Notes under the pieces: generated by a model
Seen by the model: only the letters and a program-made list of their open reading frames with translations
Told to the model about the DNA's origin: nothing
Databases searched by the model: none
Shown here: positions 23,561 to 34,018 of the stretch, one piece after another
Layout of the letters: the number at the start of each line of letters is the position of its first letter
How positions within the stretch are numbered: position 1 is the first letter of the stretch
NCBI GenBank assembly: GCA_043228905.1
Contig: JBHGNT010000001.1
Span: forward strand, 10,974,001-11,038,000
From: Azolla caroliniana
Taxonomy: Eukaryota > Plantae > Polypodiophyta
DNA: 64,000 nucleotides
Direction: 5' to 3'
Program-made: the position numbers and the translations under genes

Positions 23561-24017
23561 TGTTAGAGACATAGACTAATGTAAGCATTAGATAAGGATA
23601 GAATATAGATGAATAGAAAAAAAGGAGAGAGAGAAAGAAGGGTGCCGATCCACCCGACCATCCCCGAGCAAAGGGATCGAGACGGACTCAAGCCTCGATC
23701 CGCATCCCATACCACCGTCGTGGCGTCGAGTCGTACCTGGTGCTAGCGCGCTCGCTACAAGAGTTGACCCACCACAAGACAGAGTCTCGATGTAGTCAAC
23801 AAGATCAACAAATGAGGGTAGCTAGGCCTCTTATTTATAGCGATACCCAAGGCCCCCATGCAAGTTCACACTTGGCCTAATGGGTTGTCTCAATCCCGAG
23901 GATTAAAAGTAATCCTCCCCTTCTTTACACTCTCGTTTAACCCTCACACTTATCCACATGTATAGAATACTATGGTAAATTCTCACCACGGGATATTATA
24001 TGATCATGCCCGTAACA
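23561..24017 (-). repeat. 3' LTR of the chromovirus
   Basis: Direct repeat of 38092-38548 with scattered substitutions; adjacent PPT. Confidence 0.95.
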
Positions 24018-26040
24018 TACTCCCCCCCTCTTTAAAACATTGCACTCTTGCAATGGAAAGTTAGGGAAGTTAGTTCTGAGAATATTTTCGCGTTCCCATG
24101 TGGCATCTTTTATTGATTTATCCATCCATTTTATTTTAAATTCTCGGATTTCTTTAGTACGTATTTTTTTTGTTTTAACATCGAGAATTCTTTCTGGTAC
24201 ATGTGGTTTAGAAGATAATTCTTCAGAAGTAACTAGAGTTTCAGTTGTAACTGTATTGTCGCCAGAACCTATAAGTTCTTTTGGACAACTCACATGAAAG
24301 ACTAGATGAATTCCAACACCATCGGGAAGAGCGAGACGATAGGTTGATGACCCAATGTGTTTGAGGACTGTAAATGGTCCACAAAACCGTAGGGCTAACT
24401 TAACGCACTTACTCGTAGACAATGTCTTAGAATTGTGAGGTACACGTAAAAATACCTTCTGTCCAGGGTTGAATACACGAGGTTGCCTATGATGATCGGC
24501 ATAAAAATGCGCTCTATCTTGAGCTATTTTTATATTATCTCATGCCATATGCAACATATCTTGCATATCCCGAAGAAAGTTTTGCGTACTTCGCAACTCA
24601 TCATGATGTATATTGACATCAATCGGGGCTCGTGGATGAAAACCATACATCAACATAAAAGGATTATATCCCGTCGACGTATGCTTGGAGCTGTTATAAG
24701 CAAACTCCAAAATTGGGAGATAATATTCCCATTTTGTTGGTTTTGCACCAACCTATGCTCGAAGCACGTCCTCAATAATTTGATTTACTCGTTCTGTTTG
24801 TCCATCAGATTGAGGATGATCCATGGAGCTTATGCTCAACGTAGTTTCTAACTTAAAGACTTGCGTCCAGAACTCACTAGTAAATTTTGGATCTCGATCA
24901 CTCACGATATCCATCGGTAACCCATAAAAACGAAATAACTCGTCCACGAATTGGTAAGCCAATTTAGAAGCTGTTACCGTGGTTTTAATAGCAATAAATC
25001 TGGCCATTTTAGTTAGTCTATCAACCACAACCCAGATGGCATCATGGCCTTTTTGGGTGCGTGGAAGGCTAACAATAAAATCCATGGATATACTTTCCCA
25101 CTTATTATTGGGAATGTCCAAGGGATGTAAAAGTCCTACGGCTTTAAGTCACTCGGCTTTGTTAACCTGACATTGGTGACATTTAGTCACATAACTATGT
25201 ATGTTAGGACGCATCTTAGGCCAATAGAATTGAGTGGAGATGAGAACGAGTGTACGATGTATTCAAGGGTGCCCTGTTGAGGGTGCATCATGGCATACAA
25301 AAAGAATCCTCTTTTTGACCTCGGGTAAATCTGGAACACAAACCTTCCCATTACGGTAGAACAGACCGTTAATAATGTGGAAGTATTCCTTCGAGGATGT
25401 GGTGGTGTCTGTTCCAGACTCAACTCTTGCCCAATATTTTGTGAAATAACTGTCATCAAGATACTTCCCTCGAAGGTGATCATAAAGATCTAATGAAATT
25501 TCAGTGAAGCTAAGCATGTTAACTTCACAGATGCGACTTAGTGCATCAGCGACAGTATTCATGGAACCTTTACGATATCATATGGAAAAATCAAAGTCTT
25601 GGATGAGATCAACCCATCGTGCCTTATGACCTTTCAGGTCTTGTTGATCACAAAAATATTTCAAGGACTCGTGGTCTATAGTTACCACAAAGCGATTTCC
25701 ATAAAGATAATGGCGCCATGTTTTGAGCGCATGTATACCTACAAATAATTCATTTTCTTGAATGGTATACTGACATTGAGCAAAATCAAGTTTCTTACTC
25801 TCGAATGCTATTGGTTTACCATCTTGATATAAGAGAGCACCTATAGCATAATCGCTTGCATTGGTTTGAACCTCAAAAGGTTTTGAAGGATCGGGTAAAA
25901 GAAGTGAAGGAGCCTTGCATACCAGGTCCTTGAGTTCCTTAAAGGCGAGGTCTAGTGTAGCATTCCAGACAATAGGTTTTGTAGACTTATGCGTTTGACC
26001 TTTTAAAAGATCAGTAAACAACGTTGTCAATTGGGAGTAA

Positions 26041-29000
26041 TTACGAAGGCGGCCGGATGAAGCCCACTCTTAGGAGTTTGTCGATTTCCTCTTTTACTTT
26101 GGCGGCGTAGTTGGGGTTCATTCGGTATCGTCGTTGCGCCACTGGTTTCGCGTCCTTGCCTAAGTGGATTTGATGCTGATATAATTGAGGGTCCAGCCCT
26201 CGCATGTCTTCGTATGACCAGGCGAATACGTCGCGAAACTCCGTAAGCAGTTTGATCATCGCCGCTTTATCTTCCGGCTTCATTTCTTTGGCGATGTGAA
26301 CCGGCTTTGATTCGTCCTTGCTTCCTAGGTTCACTTCGTCGAGCTGGGATGCTTTTACCCGTTGGGAAACGGCCATTTCCCGTTCCAATGCTTCCTGTGC
26401 TTGCCGTAATTCCCGAATCGCATCTTTGTCTGGTTCGGCTTCGGTGTCGTCGTCCCGCTGCGGCAAGTATGCGGCTACGGCTTCAGCTACATCAATCTCG
26501 AAGAGTGGTACGATCCTCGGATGTTCCTCCAAGTACTGGGCTTCTTCGTCGTCTGCCAATCCTTCAAGCATGTTCACACATTCCGCATACAGCGGTGTGC
26601 ATTCCTTACCGTTGCTCGTCCGTGGTTGTGTCGGTACCCGGACCTTGGCTTTTCCGCGCCGGAAGGTAATCATATTTTTTCGCCAATTTTGCTTGATGTG
26701 TGCTGTTTTCAACCATGGTCTACCCAGCAGCAGTGGGTACGCGCCTTGCGCCTGTAGTTGCAGCACTACAGCCGAGATGTGAAATGTGTGGCCTCCTATG
26801 GTTACTTCCAATTTCCGTATTAAGCCCGTCGGCCGTACAGAGCTCGTATCCGCCATCCGTAGCCAGAACGGACATGGCTCCCATTCATGTATACCCAAGG
26901 CATCACACGTACGGAGGCTTATTACGTTTACCCCGGAACCTCCATCGATTACCGTGCCGGGAAGTTCGTGCCCTTTGACAATAGCTGTAATCGCCGGACT
27001 ACTAGTGTCCACCACCGTCGGTCCCTCCTCCGGGTTCGAGAAGAGGACTGGTGCCGGTGGGGCTGTGCCGTCTGTCATGCCCGTTTTTAGCCCTTCCGTA
27101 AATCGCGGCACGAGCTGCAAGAGTCTTCCTAACGGCAACGTGATCTGACATTCTTGCAGTGCTTGCCATGTCTCGTTTTCTGGGTGGCTACCGCCGGCAC
27201 TCCCTATGGTATTTGCCTTTTGCCGTTCCGCGTCCGCGACGTTTCTTTCATTGGCTTCCTTCACCCATTCCGTCGCCTGTTTTCGTATGGCCTCTTGTGT
27301 TTCCCACTCTTTGGCCATGCCTTTCGACCGTGTGGTTACTTGCTGTACATCCGTCACTTCCGGAACCACCATATTAACTGCTGGTCGTTTCTCGTAGCTC
27401 TTTACCGGGCACTGGTTACTGTAGTGGCCTTCCTGCCTGCAGTAGTAGCAGTACTCTTTACGGGTATTGCTGGATTCAGCATTGCTGGTAGCCGGAGTTG
27501 GTCCCGTAGCGAGTGGTGCGTTCTGTGCCGGTTGGCTCCTTGGGATTCCATGTTCCGGGTCCCTAGGGTGACCACCTTTCTTGAAGTTACGTTTCTTATT
27601 ATTCTTATTCTTATTTCGGTAGTCCGGTCGTGGTGGATCGTAAAATCGGCCATAGTCCTCCTGGTGCCGTCGGTAACTAGGCGAATGGTCTCTGTCGTAT
27701 TGCTCGTGTCGCCTGTTGGGCTCCCGATAACGGTCCGATCGCTCATACCGGTCGTAGTTATCACGCCGATTCCCGTACCGGCCATCATTCTCTTGCCTGT
27801 CTCCGTACCGGACATCTTGTGCCGGTGGGTACCGGTTCCCTCTTTGCCAACGATCGTCATCTTCGTCTCGGCTGCTTCTTGGCTCGATCCGTCGGACGGG
27901 TGGTGCTTGTCGATTTAACAGGTTGTACTCGCACCGGTCCGTTGTATGACTCTTGGATTGACAAATCACACACTGAGTGCGCATGGTGCACTCTACTGCC
28001 GAGTGTCCGGCATTCAAGCAGATTGTGCATTGAATTGCCTGCCGGAACCGGAGATCTTCCTCGGTGGGTAACGCCCGTTGCAGTGTTCCCAGCGTAAGCC
28101 ATGAGCTTGTCTTTTCCATTTCTCTGACCCGGTCAATGACCTGATCGATGGTGCATCCTCGAAAGTCGATTACCGTACACACCGTGCGTAACGGTTCCCG
28201 GAGTGCGTTTAAAAATATCGTCCGTAATTCCTCCTCCGGGGGTGCACGGGCAAGCTGGCTATGCATTCGTTGGAAACGGATGACGAATTGGGGAATGCTT
28301 TCCCCTGCCTCCTGTCGGATCGTATAAAACAGGCCCACCATTGTCGTCTGGTCGACCTCCTTGTGGAAAAAATGCAAGAATTTTGCTTTTAATTCTGCAA
28401 ATGTTGTGATGGTCGCCGGGTCCTGCGACCGCCGCCATCGTGTCGCTGGTCCCTCCAACGTGACTCCGAATTCTGCTATCTTCGAGCGTTCTTCTTCCTC
28501 CGGTGTCATTCGCTGGGACGTGTGATTTGCTTCCCATGTCTGCTCGAAGTCATCCACATGCGCTTCCGCATCCGGATCATCGCGGTACTTTGAGTATTGG
28601 AACGGCATGTCGTCGTCCAGTATTAAGCCGCGGTTTAGTGGCGTTTGTTGATCTTTTGCCGGTTCTTTCTCCGGTTCCACTTCCGGTTCTTTTGCCGGTC
28701 CTTTTTCCGGTTCTTTTTCCGGCTCTTCTTCCGGTACCTTTGCCGGCTCTTTCGTTGGTGTTGGTGGCTTTGCTTCTTCCGCTTCCGGTGTTGGTGGGTT
28801 GACGGCTTCCGTTTGCGGTTCCGGATAGCCCTGGTTGAGCGGTTCCGGTTCTGGAGTCGGCACGGTATCCGATCCGTCGTCTTCCGGGCCGCCGGGGGTA
28901 TCGTTGCTGCTCCGGTAGTTCGTGTGCACGCTGTATCCCCCTTCGGAATCTGATTCGTAGGCTGAAAAGGCTTCTGCCTCGTTTTCTCCGCTTGCCAGCG

Positions 29001-29229
29001 CCTCCAGGAGTCGTTCGGTTTCTCGGAGACTACTTAGACTGCTTCCGTCGTCCTGGTTGCGAGTTTGCCGTAACCGGAGAGATTCCTCCGCGACTCTCCG
29101 GATCTCGTTGGAGAACGAACGATCCGAGCGAATTTCCTGCGCTGCTTGCTGGAAAGTCTCACGCCGTCTTTGCCGTTCGGCGATGCGTCGAGCTCGGTCT
29201 GTAACCAAGTCGTGCGTTGGTCTAGTCAT
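26041..29229 (-). CDS. Gag-protease-RT N-terminus of the nested gypsy (truncated at the start of RT)
   Basis: 1062-aa ORF with retrotransposon gag core, CCHC knuckles (CTICLNAGH, CYYCRQEGHYSNQC), protease VIDGGSGVN...LLLGRPWL, and FRDVFAWSYEDMRG...EIDKLLRVGFIRP. Confidence 0.92.
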   Translation of the reverse strand: MTRPTHDLVTDRARRIAERQRRRETFQQAAQEIRSDRSFSNEIRRVAEESLRLRQTRNQDDGSSLSSLRETERLLEALASGENEAEAFSAYESDSEGGYSVHTNYRSSNDTPGGPEDDGSDTVPTPEPEPLNQGYPEPQTEAVNPPTPEAEEAKPPTPTKEPAKVPEEEPEKEPEKGPAKEPEVEPEKEPAKDQQTPLNRGLILDDDMPFQYSKYRDDPDAEAHVDDFEQTWEANHTSQRMTPEEEERSKIAEFGVTLEGPATRWRRSQDPATITTFAELKAKFLHFFHKEVDQTTMVGLFYTIRQEAGESIPQFVIRFQRMHSQLARAPPEEELRTIFLNALREPLRTVCTVIDFRGCTIDQVIDRVREMEKTSSWLTLGTLQRALPTEEDLRFRQAIQCTICLNAGHSAVECTMRTQCVICQSKSHTTDRCEYNLLNRQAPPVRRIEPRSSRDEDDDRWQRGNRYPPAQDVRYGDRQENDGRYGNRRDNYDRYERSDRYREPNRRHEQYDRDHSPSYRRHQEDYGRFYDPPRPDYRNKNKNNKKRNFKKGGHPRDPEHGIPRSQPAQNAPLATGPTPATSNAESSNTRKEYCYYCRQEGHYSNQCPVKSYEKRPAVNMVVPEVTDVQQVTTRSKGMAKEWETQEAIRKQATEWVKEANERNVADAERQKANTIGSAGGSHPENETWQALQECQITLPLGRLLQLVPRFTEGLKTGMTDGTAPPAPVLFSNPEEGPTVVDTSSPAITAIVKGHELPGTVIDGGSGVNVISLRTCDALGIHEWEPCPFWLRMADTSSVRPTGLIRKLEVTIGGHTFHISAVVLQLQAQGAYPLLLGRPWLKTAHIKQNWRKNMITFRRGKAKVRVPTQPRTSNGKECTPLYAECVNMLEGLADDEEAQYLEEHPRIVPLFEIDVAEAVAAYLPQRDDDTEAEPDKDAIRELRQAQEALEREMAVSQRVKASQLDEVNLGSKDESKPVHIAKEMKPEDKAAMIKLLTEFRDVFAWSYEDMRGLDPQLYQHQIHLGKDAKPVAQRRYRMNPNYAAKVKEEIDKLLRVGFIRPPS

Positions 29230-29278
29230 CCATTACCGTCGTTCGCTGCGAGAAAGCAGGAATCGTGGTCGCCAAAAC

Positions 29279-30487
29279 TGTGGGGTTGCCGGAGGACACT
29301 ATGCCGGGGAAGCGACGGCAAGAAAGGTATGGCAGAGCGGCTTATGGTGGCCCACGACGCTAAAAGATGCCGTCAAGTATGCTAAGGAATGTGACCTATG
29401 CCAACGAATGGGCCAGCCTACGGAGCAAGCACGGATGCCACACCAACCGGTACTTCCACTAGAGCCATTCCAGAAGTGGGGGTTGGATTTTGTCGGACCG
29501 TTCAAGCCACCGGCAATGAGAACGGGTAATCGTTATGTCATCGTGGCAACGGATTATTGCACGAAATGGGTGGAAGCTAAGGCCCTGAGAGACAACACCG
29601 CGTCATCCACAGCAAAATTCCTGTACGAAAACATTTGGTGCCGATATGGATGTCCGATTGAACTGATCAGCGACCAAGGAGGGCATTTCCTCGGCCAGGT
29701 AGTGGAAAGCTTAACAACGTTCTATGCCGTGGTGCATAAAAGAAGCACACCGTACTACCCACAGGCGAACGGGTTAGCGGAATCCACCAACAAAACGCTG
29801 CAGAACATTCTCCGCAAAATCGTCAACGAAAACCGGACGGACTGGGATACAAAGCTCAATAGCGCGCTATGGGCGTACAGAACGGCATACAAAACGAGTA
29901 TCCGGACAACGCCGTTCCGGTTAGCATTCGGCTTAGAAGCGGTCATGCCGGTCGAGTTTCAGGTACCAAGCTTACGGATCCAACTACGGGAACGGCTGAA
30001 TGAAAAGAAGTCGGAGGAAATGCGGCTAGCAGCACTATGCGAATTGGAGGAGCAACGGCTGGCCAGCATCCTACACATGGAACTGGAGCAACGACGACGG
30101 AAAGCGTTCGTTGACCGTCACCGGAAAGGTAATGAGAAGATGTTCGAAATCGGAAAGCCGGTGCTAGTATTCCAAACAAGGATGGGCAAAATGCCGGGTA
30201 AACTCCGGTTCAGATGGACAGGCCCGTATTGGCTGACACGGGAATACAACGGGTCCTATCAGATAGGGACACTAGCCGGTGAAGTACTAGGCAAGTGGGT
30301 AAACGGATTTCGACTAAAACCCTATAAAGGACCGATGCCAAAGAACCCGTTTATGCAGCTCACCGGCACTACACCAGGAACTTGTCCGGGATCGGTACGG
30401 ATCGATTCGGAAGAAAAAGACGACGGGGAACCCGTAGCAACCCGTAAGGAAAACGGTCAGGGTCCGAAGGGACCTACGGATGTGTAA
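29279..30487 (+). CDS. Integrase (5'-truncated) of the nested gypsy
   Basis: GGHY...WWPT..C..C, WGLDFVGP, SDQGGHF, YYPQANGLAE, WTGPY; no chromodomain. Confidence 0.92.
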   Translation, partial: CGVAGGHYAGEATARKVWQSGLWWPTTLKDAVKYAKECDLCQRMGQPTEQARMPHQPVLPLEPFQKWGLDFVGPFKPPAMRTGNRYVIVATDYCTKWVEAKALRDNTASSTAKFLYENIWCRYGCPIELISDQGGHFLGQVVESLTTFYAVVHKRSTPYYPQANGLAESTNKTLQNILRKIVNENRTDWDTKLNSALWAYRTAYKTSIRTTPFRLAFGLEAVMPVEFQVPSLRIQLRERLNEKKSEEMRLAALCELEEQRLASILHMELEQRRRKAFVDRHRKGNEKMFEIGKPVLVFQTRMGKMPGKLRFRWTGPYWLTREYNGSYQIGTLAGEVLGKWVNGFRLKPYKGPMPKNPFMQLTGTTPGTCPGSVRIDSEEKDDGEPVATRKENGQGPKGPTDV

Positions 30488-30512
30488 GGTCACACACCGT
30501 CATTAAAGATTG

Positions 30513-30543
<31 letters not shown>

Positions 30544-30868
30544 ATTAAAAATCGAGGTATGAACGGGTGTGAAAGCGAGGCGCGAAAAGGTACGTAGTGG
30601 GCATTTAAGAGACGCCACGTACTTAATACTAAATCGGGACAGGACGTGCGCACGCTCGAAAAAAGGCGCCAAGACGCACAGAGAAAAAGAGGAGCGCATG
30701 GAGACCTTTTTTTTTCGCGAGCCAAGAAGCACAGAAGCACCAAGGCAGTGGAAGCTGAGCAAACGCGAACCTGCACGCAGAGAACCCCCGCGCTCAGAAC
30801 GCTCTCTTTCTCGCTCTCACCCTCATCACCACTCTACCTCGCCATCTTCCCTCGACCTTGAAGCAGAC

Positions 30869-33546
30869 ATGGAACCACAAACGCTGTCGGAAGCGGCCAG
30901 GAAATGGTTCAGGCAAAACGGACTGGAGGGGTTCTTGGCCATCATGGAGGCACCGCCGCACAGAGAAGCCGACCGGGTCATCAAGGAGCTCGCCACAGAG
31001 GTCATCACCGAGGAAGCGATCCGCGCGCTAACAGGCCTTCCGGAGGGAGGAATCTTTCAGATCGATAACCCAACCTCGGAGCAACTCACCCGATATTTCG
31101 GTGAGTACTCTGTTGCCGGCAAAGGCTATCGGACGCAGGGCGGCGAAGATCCGCTATTCAGGGAGATAGCTCGAGTGCTCCATGAGTACGGTCACGTGTA
31201 CCCCCGACCCCCTGTCATGCCAAAAAATCGGGCAGGGATGATCATAGCCACCTATGAAGGGGTCAAGGTGGACTGGCCGGTGTTGATTGCAGACGGGTTG
31301 TGCATGGCAATCGACATGGTACGAGGGAAGGACGGCAAGGAGGGCCGGAAGCTGTGGCACGCCGTAGCTCAATGGATAACATTGCTCGTGCCGCCGGTCG
31401 AGACCGCCCAGCCAAAGAAGCGGCCAAGAGTTTCGGAAGGAAGCACCTCGAAGCCGGCGTCCAAACGACAGCAGCTGCTGGCGTCGAAGGCGACAAAAGG
31501 GAAGAAACGGGCCCCAGAACCGGAGGAAGTGTCACCGGTCCGACCCGTCAAGATAACCTTACGGAGACCGGGACAGAAGGAACCGGAACCCTTGACGGCA
31601 CAGAAATATGCCGTGACACAGGAAGAGGAAACGGAGGAGCCAGAAGAGCACCTCCAACGACGGTCAAGAAGTAGGACCGCCGAGACAGGAGGGGAGCGGT
31701 CGTACCCGCGAGAGGCAGAGACGCCCCCAACTCAACCTGAGCAAACCACAAGGGAAGAACCGGAACCGGTACGTAGGGAACCGGTCTTGTCGACTTCTAT
31801 AGAAGAAGTCAGTCCAACGGCTCCGGAGACGGCGAGAACCGGAACTCAACAGCCGGCGAGCCCAGCCAGAGCACACGGCGGCCAAGGAGTAGAACCAGAA
31901 CGGCATATGCAGGCAATCAGGCCAGACAATTCCACGGTGAATGAGGCGACGCGACCAGTACAGCAACAGGGCACCAGTAGCATGTGGCTACGGTGGGTAG
32001 GCGAGCAAATCGCCGGAGTGGTCGAGTATATAGAGGCGGAAGAGAGAACGCACCAGGAACGGTTGCTCGTCACAACCGTAGATCTAGAGACGGCCCGGTC
32101 CAGAATCCGGAGCCTTGAAGAAGACTTGGACAGGGTCACAAGGGAAACACAAGTCCAAGCACCGGTGACTCCGGGCAATGTACAGAATAAAGTATCAAAT
32201 CAACCTGTACATAGCAATCAGACCCCGGCAACGGAAACCGTTCCGGAGAGAAATGCGGCACAAGCCAAGAGCTTGCGGATTTAAAGGATGAGCTAGCTGC
32301 CCAAGAAGCGCTGAGGAGCCGCGAAAGAGAATTGAAGACGGCAGCGGAGGCAGAACTCAAAAAGACTGCTGAGAATCTACGCCGGGCCGAGGAGAGCTTA
32401 CGGAAAGGCCACCAAGCATACGACCGGCTCAAGGAGGAAAAGGAGAAAATGCTGCAAGAGAAGGACAAGCTCCGAAGGAACGCCGAAACAGAAGTAGAGC
32501 GCCTGAAAGAGGAACTCCGGCAGGTAAAGGACCGGGAGGACCGGAACCATCGCCAAATCAACGGCAAGCTCAAACAAAAAACGGAGGAATTTGAGCAATT
32601 GCACCGGGAGTATAAACGGTTGCAAACGGAGCACAAGGAACGGACGGATGAGCTCCGGCAAGCCGTTGATCGGACCGCAACCGCATTCGCCAAGGAACAA
32701 GCGGAAAACAGAAGACGGTTGGAAGAGGAGGAGAAGGTTCGGACAGAGCTCCTCAGGCAACAGCAGGCGGAAAAAGAAAGAGCGGCGGAGGTACTGCAGA
32801 GGCTGCAAACGACATATCAAGGGCAGCTGACGCGCTACAGGGAGCAGGCGGAGGATACGGCAAATCTCATCAAGCAGTTGAAGGAGGAGCGACAAGTGGT
32901 GGAAAGCAGAGCACAAATGGGAGCAAGTCGCATCCAAGATATAATGCGGGCCTGGTTGAACCAGACCAAGAGCTTGATTGACAACGGCTCCGTCAAATGG
33001 TGGACCAAGTGGGCCACGAACGCGGCGGAACTCCAATTGCTCCGGGCTGACGTAGAGAACCGGCGGAAGGAGGGAGATGATTGCTATATGCTAACTTCCG
33101 AAGATTTCACCGGCATAAGAGATGAGCTTGCCGAAGACTTTCAAGCCTTGGCAGAAGACCAACTAGAGCAAGTCCGGCAACTTGTAGCTCAGCTGGACGA
33201 CGACAGGCTGGAGGCGCAGATCCAGTTTGAAAGCTACGAGAGGTCCCGGATCCGGGGAGAGAAAGAACGAGAACCAGTTACGGTCAACCTCAGTGATGAG
33301 GAACCGTTATTGGAAGGAGACCGGACCGGAAGCAGTCAAACGGAGATGCCGGAGCCAGAGAGACAAACGGAGCAGCCAGAGTCAGCGAAACAAACGGAGC
33401 AGCAGCAACAAGCAGAGCAGCCGGAGCAGCCTCAGTCCCAACCGCAACCACAGCAGCAGCAGCAAGCACAGCCGCAACAACCACAACCGGAAGAACAAGT
33501 GGAAATTCTTGAACAAAGTAATTTGGACAATTTGGGTGAACAATGA
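30869..33546 (+). CDS. Extra sense ORF downstream of pol (~890 aa, one frameshift near 32265): globular N-terminal domain plus long coiled coil
   Basis: ORFs 30569-32284 and 32332-33546 join by a single frame change at caagccaagag; ATG at 30869; ..GVKVDWPVLI.. motif; E/K/R/Q-rich C-terminal half. Confidence 0.75.
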
Positions 33547-33598
33547 AGGGGCCGAGAAGGGTTCGACGTACAAGGTACTGTCCCACGGGCGTGCCATG

Positions 33599-34018
33599 TG
33601 TTACCGGCCGGCAAGGAGTCCAAAATACGGAGTGAAGGAATTAATTAGATATGGTTGTAAATGAGCATAGTGTGGACGGACGGACTGGAAACGGTATGCC
33701 GTTCCAGATCCGGACGGATCCCGAATAGGTGCGAGAGGCACCGTTTTGTACTACGGGCCGGAAACCTATTTAAAGGCCCGGACCCCATTGTAATGACAGC
33801 GGATAATTAATAGAGATTCTGATGTTTATACTTCTGTCTTGATTTCCGTTCTGTAATCACTGTTATATCTTACGCGTGTAATTAACCAAAGCAATCTAAT
33901 CGTGTAACTTACGTAAGTCGGTGTAATCGTTGAATCTTAATCCTATGCCGTAATCACCCTTTGGTGAAGTGTCTCCGTGACACCTTGTGTTAGGCCTTGT
34001 CCGGCTAAACGAATAACA
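33599..34018 (+). repeat. Single 3' LTR of the nested gypsy
   Basis: Termini TGTTA...TAACA; TATA-like tatttaaa near 33767; host RT resumes directly after CA. Confidence 0.75.

Larger units (their letters stand above)
26048..34018. mobile_element. Rearranged non-chromoviral gypsy (Athila/Tat-like) nested in the chromovirus pol: inverted PBS-gag-protease, then integrase, extra ORF and a single LTR
   Basis: Host frame LGFVRFLRK / RNYSQLTTLF is split here; GC-rich insert with long open frames; probable LTR TGTTA...TAACA at 33599-34018; no left LTR. Confidence 0.9.

Noticed and set aside
29057-29278. N-terminal part of the 476-aa plus-strand ORF as real protein
   Set aside because: It is the antisense of the inverted gag start and PBS; integrase similarity begins only at ~29279.
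26307-33664. Many overlapping 60-250-aa ORFs on alternative frames
   Set aside because: Shadow ORFs of GC-rich retroelement coding sequence with no recognisable motifs.
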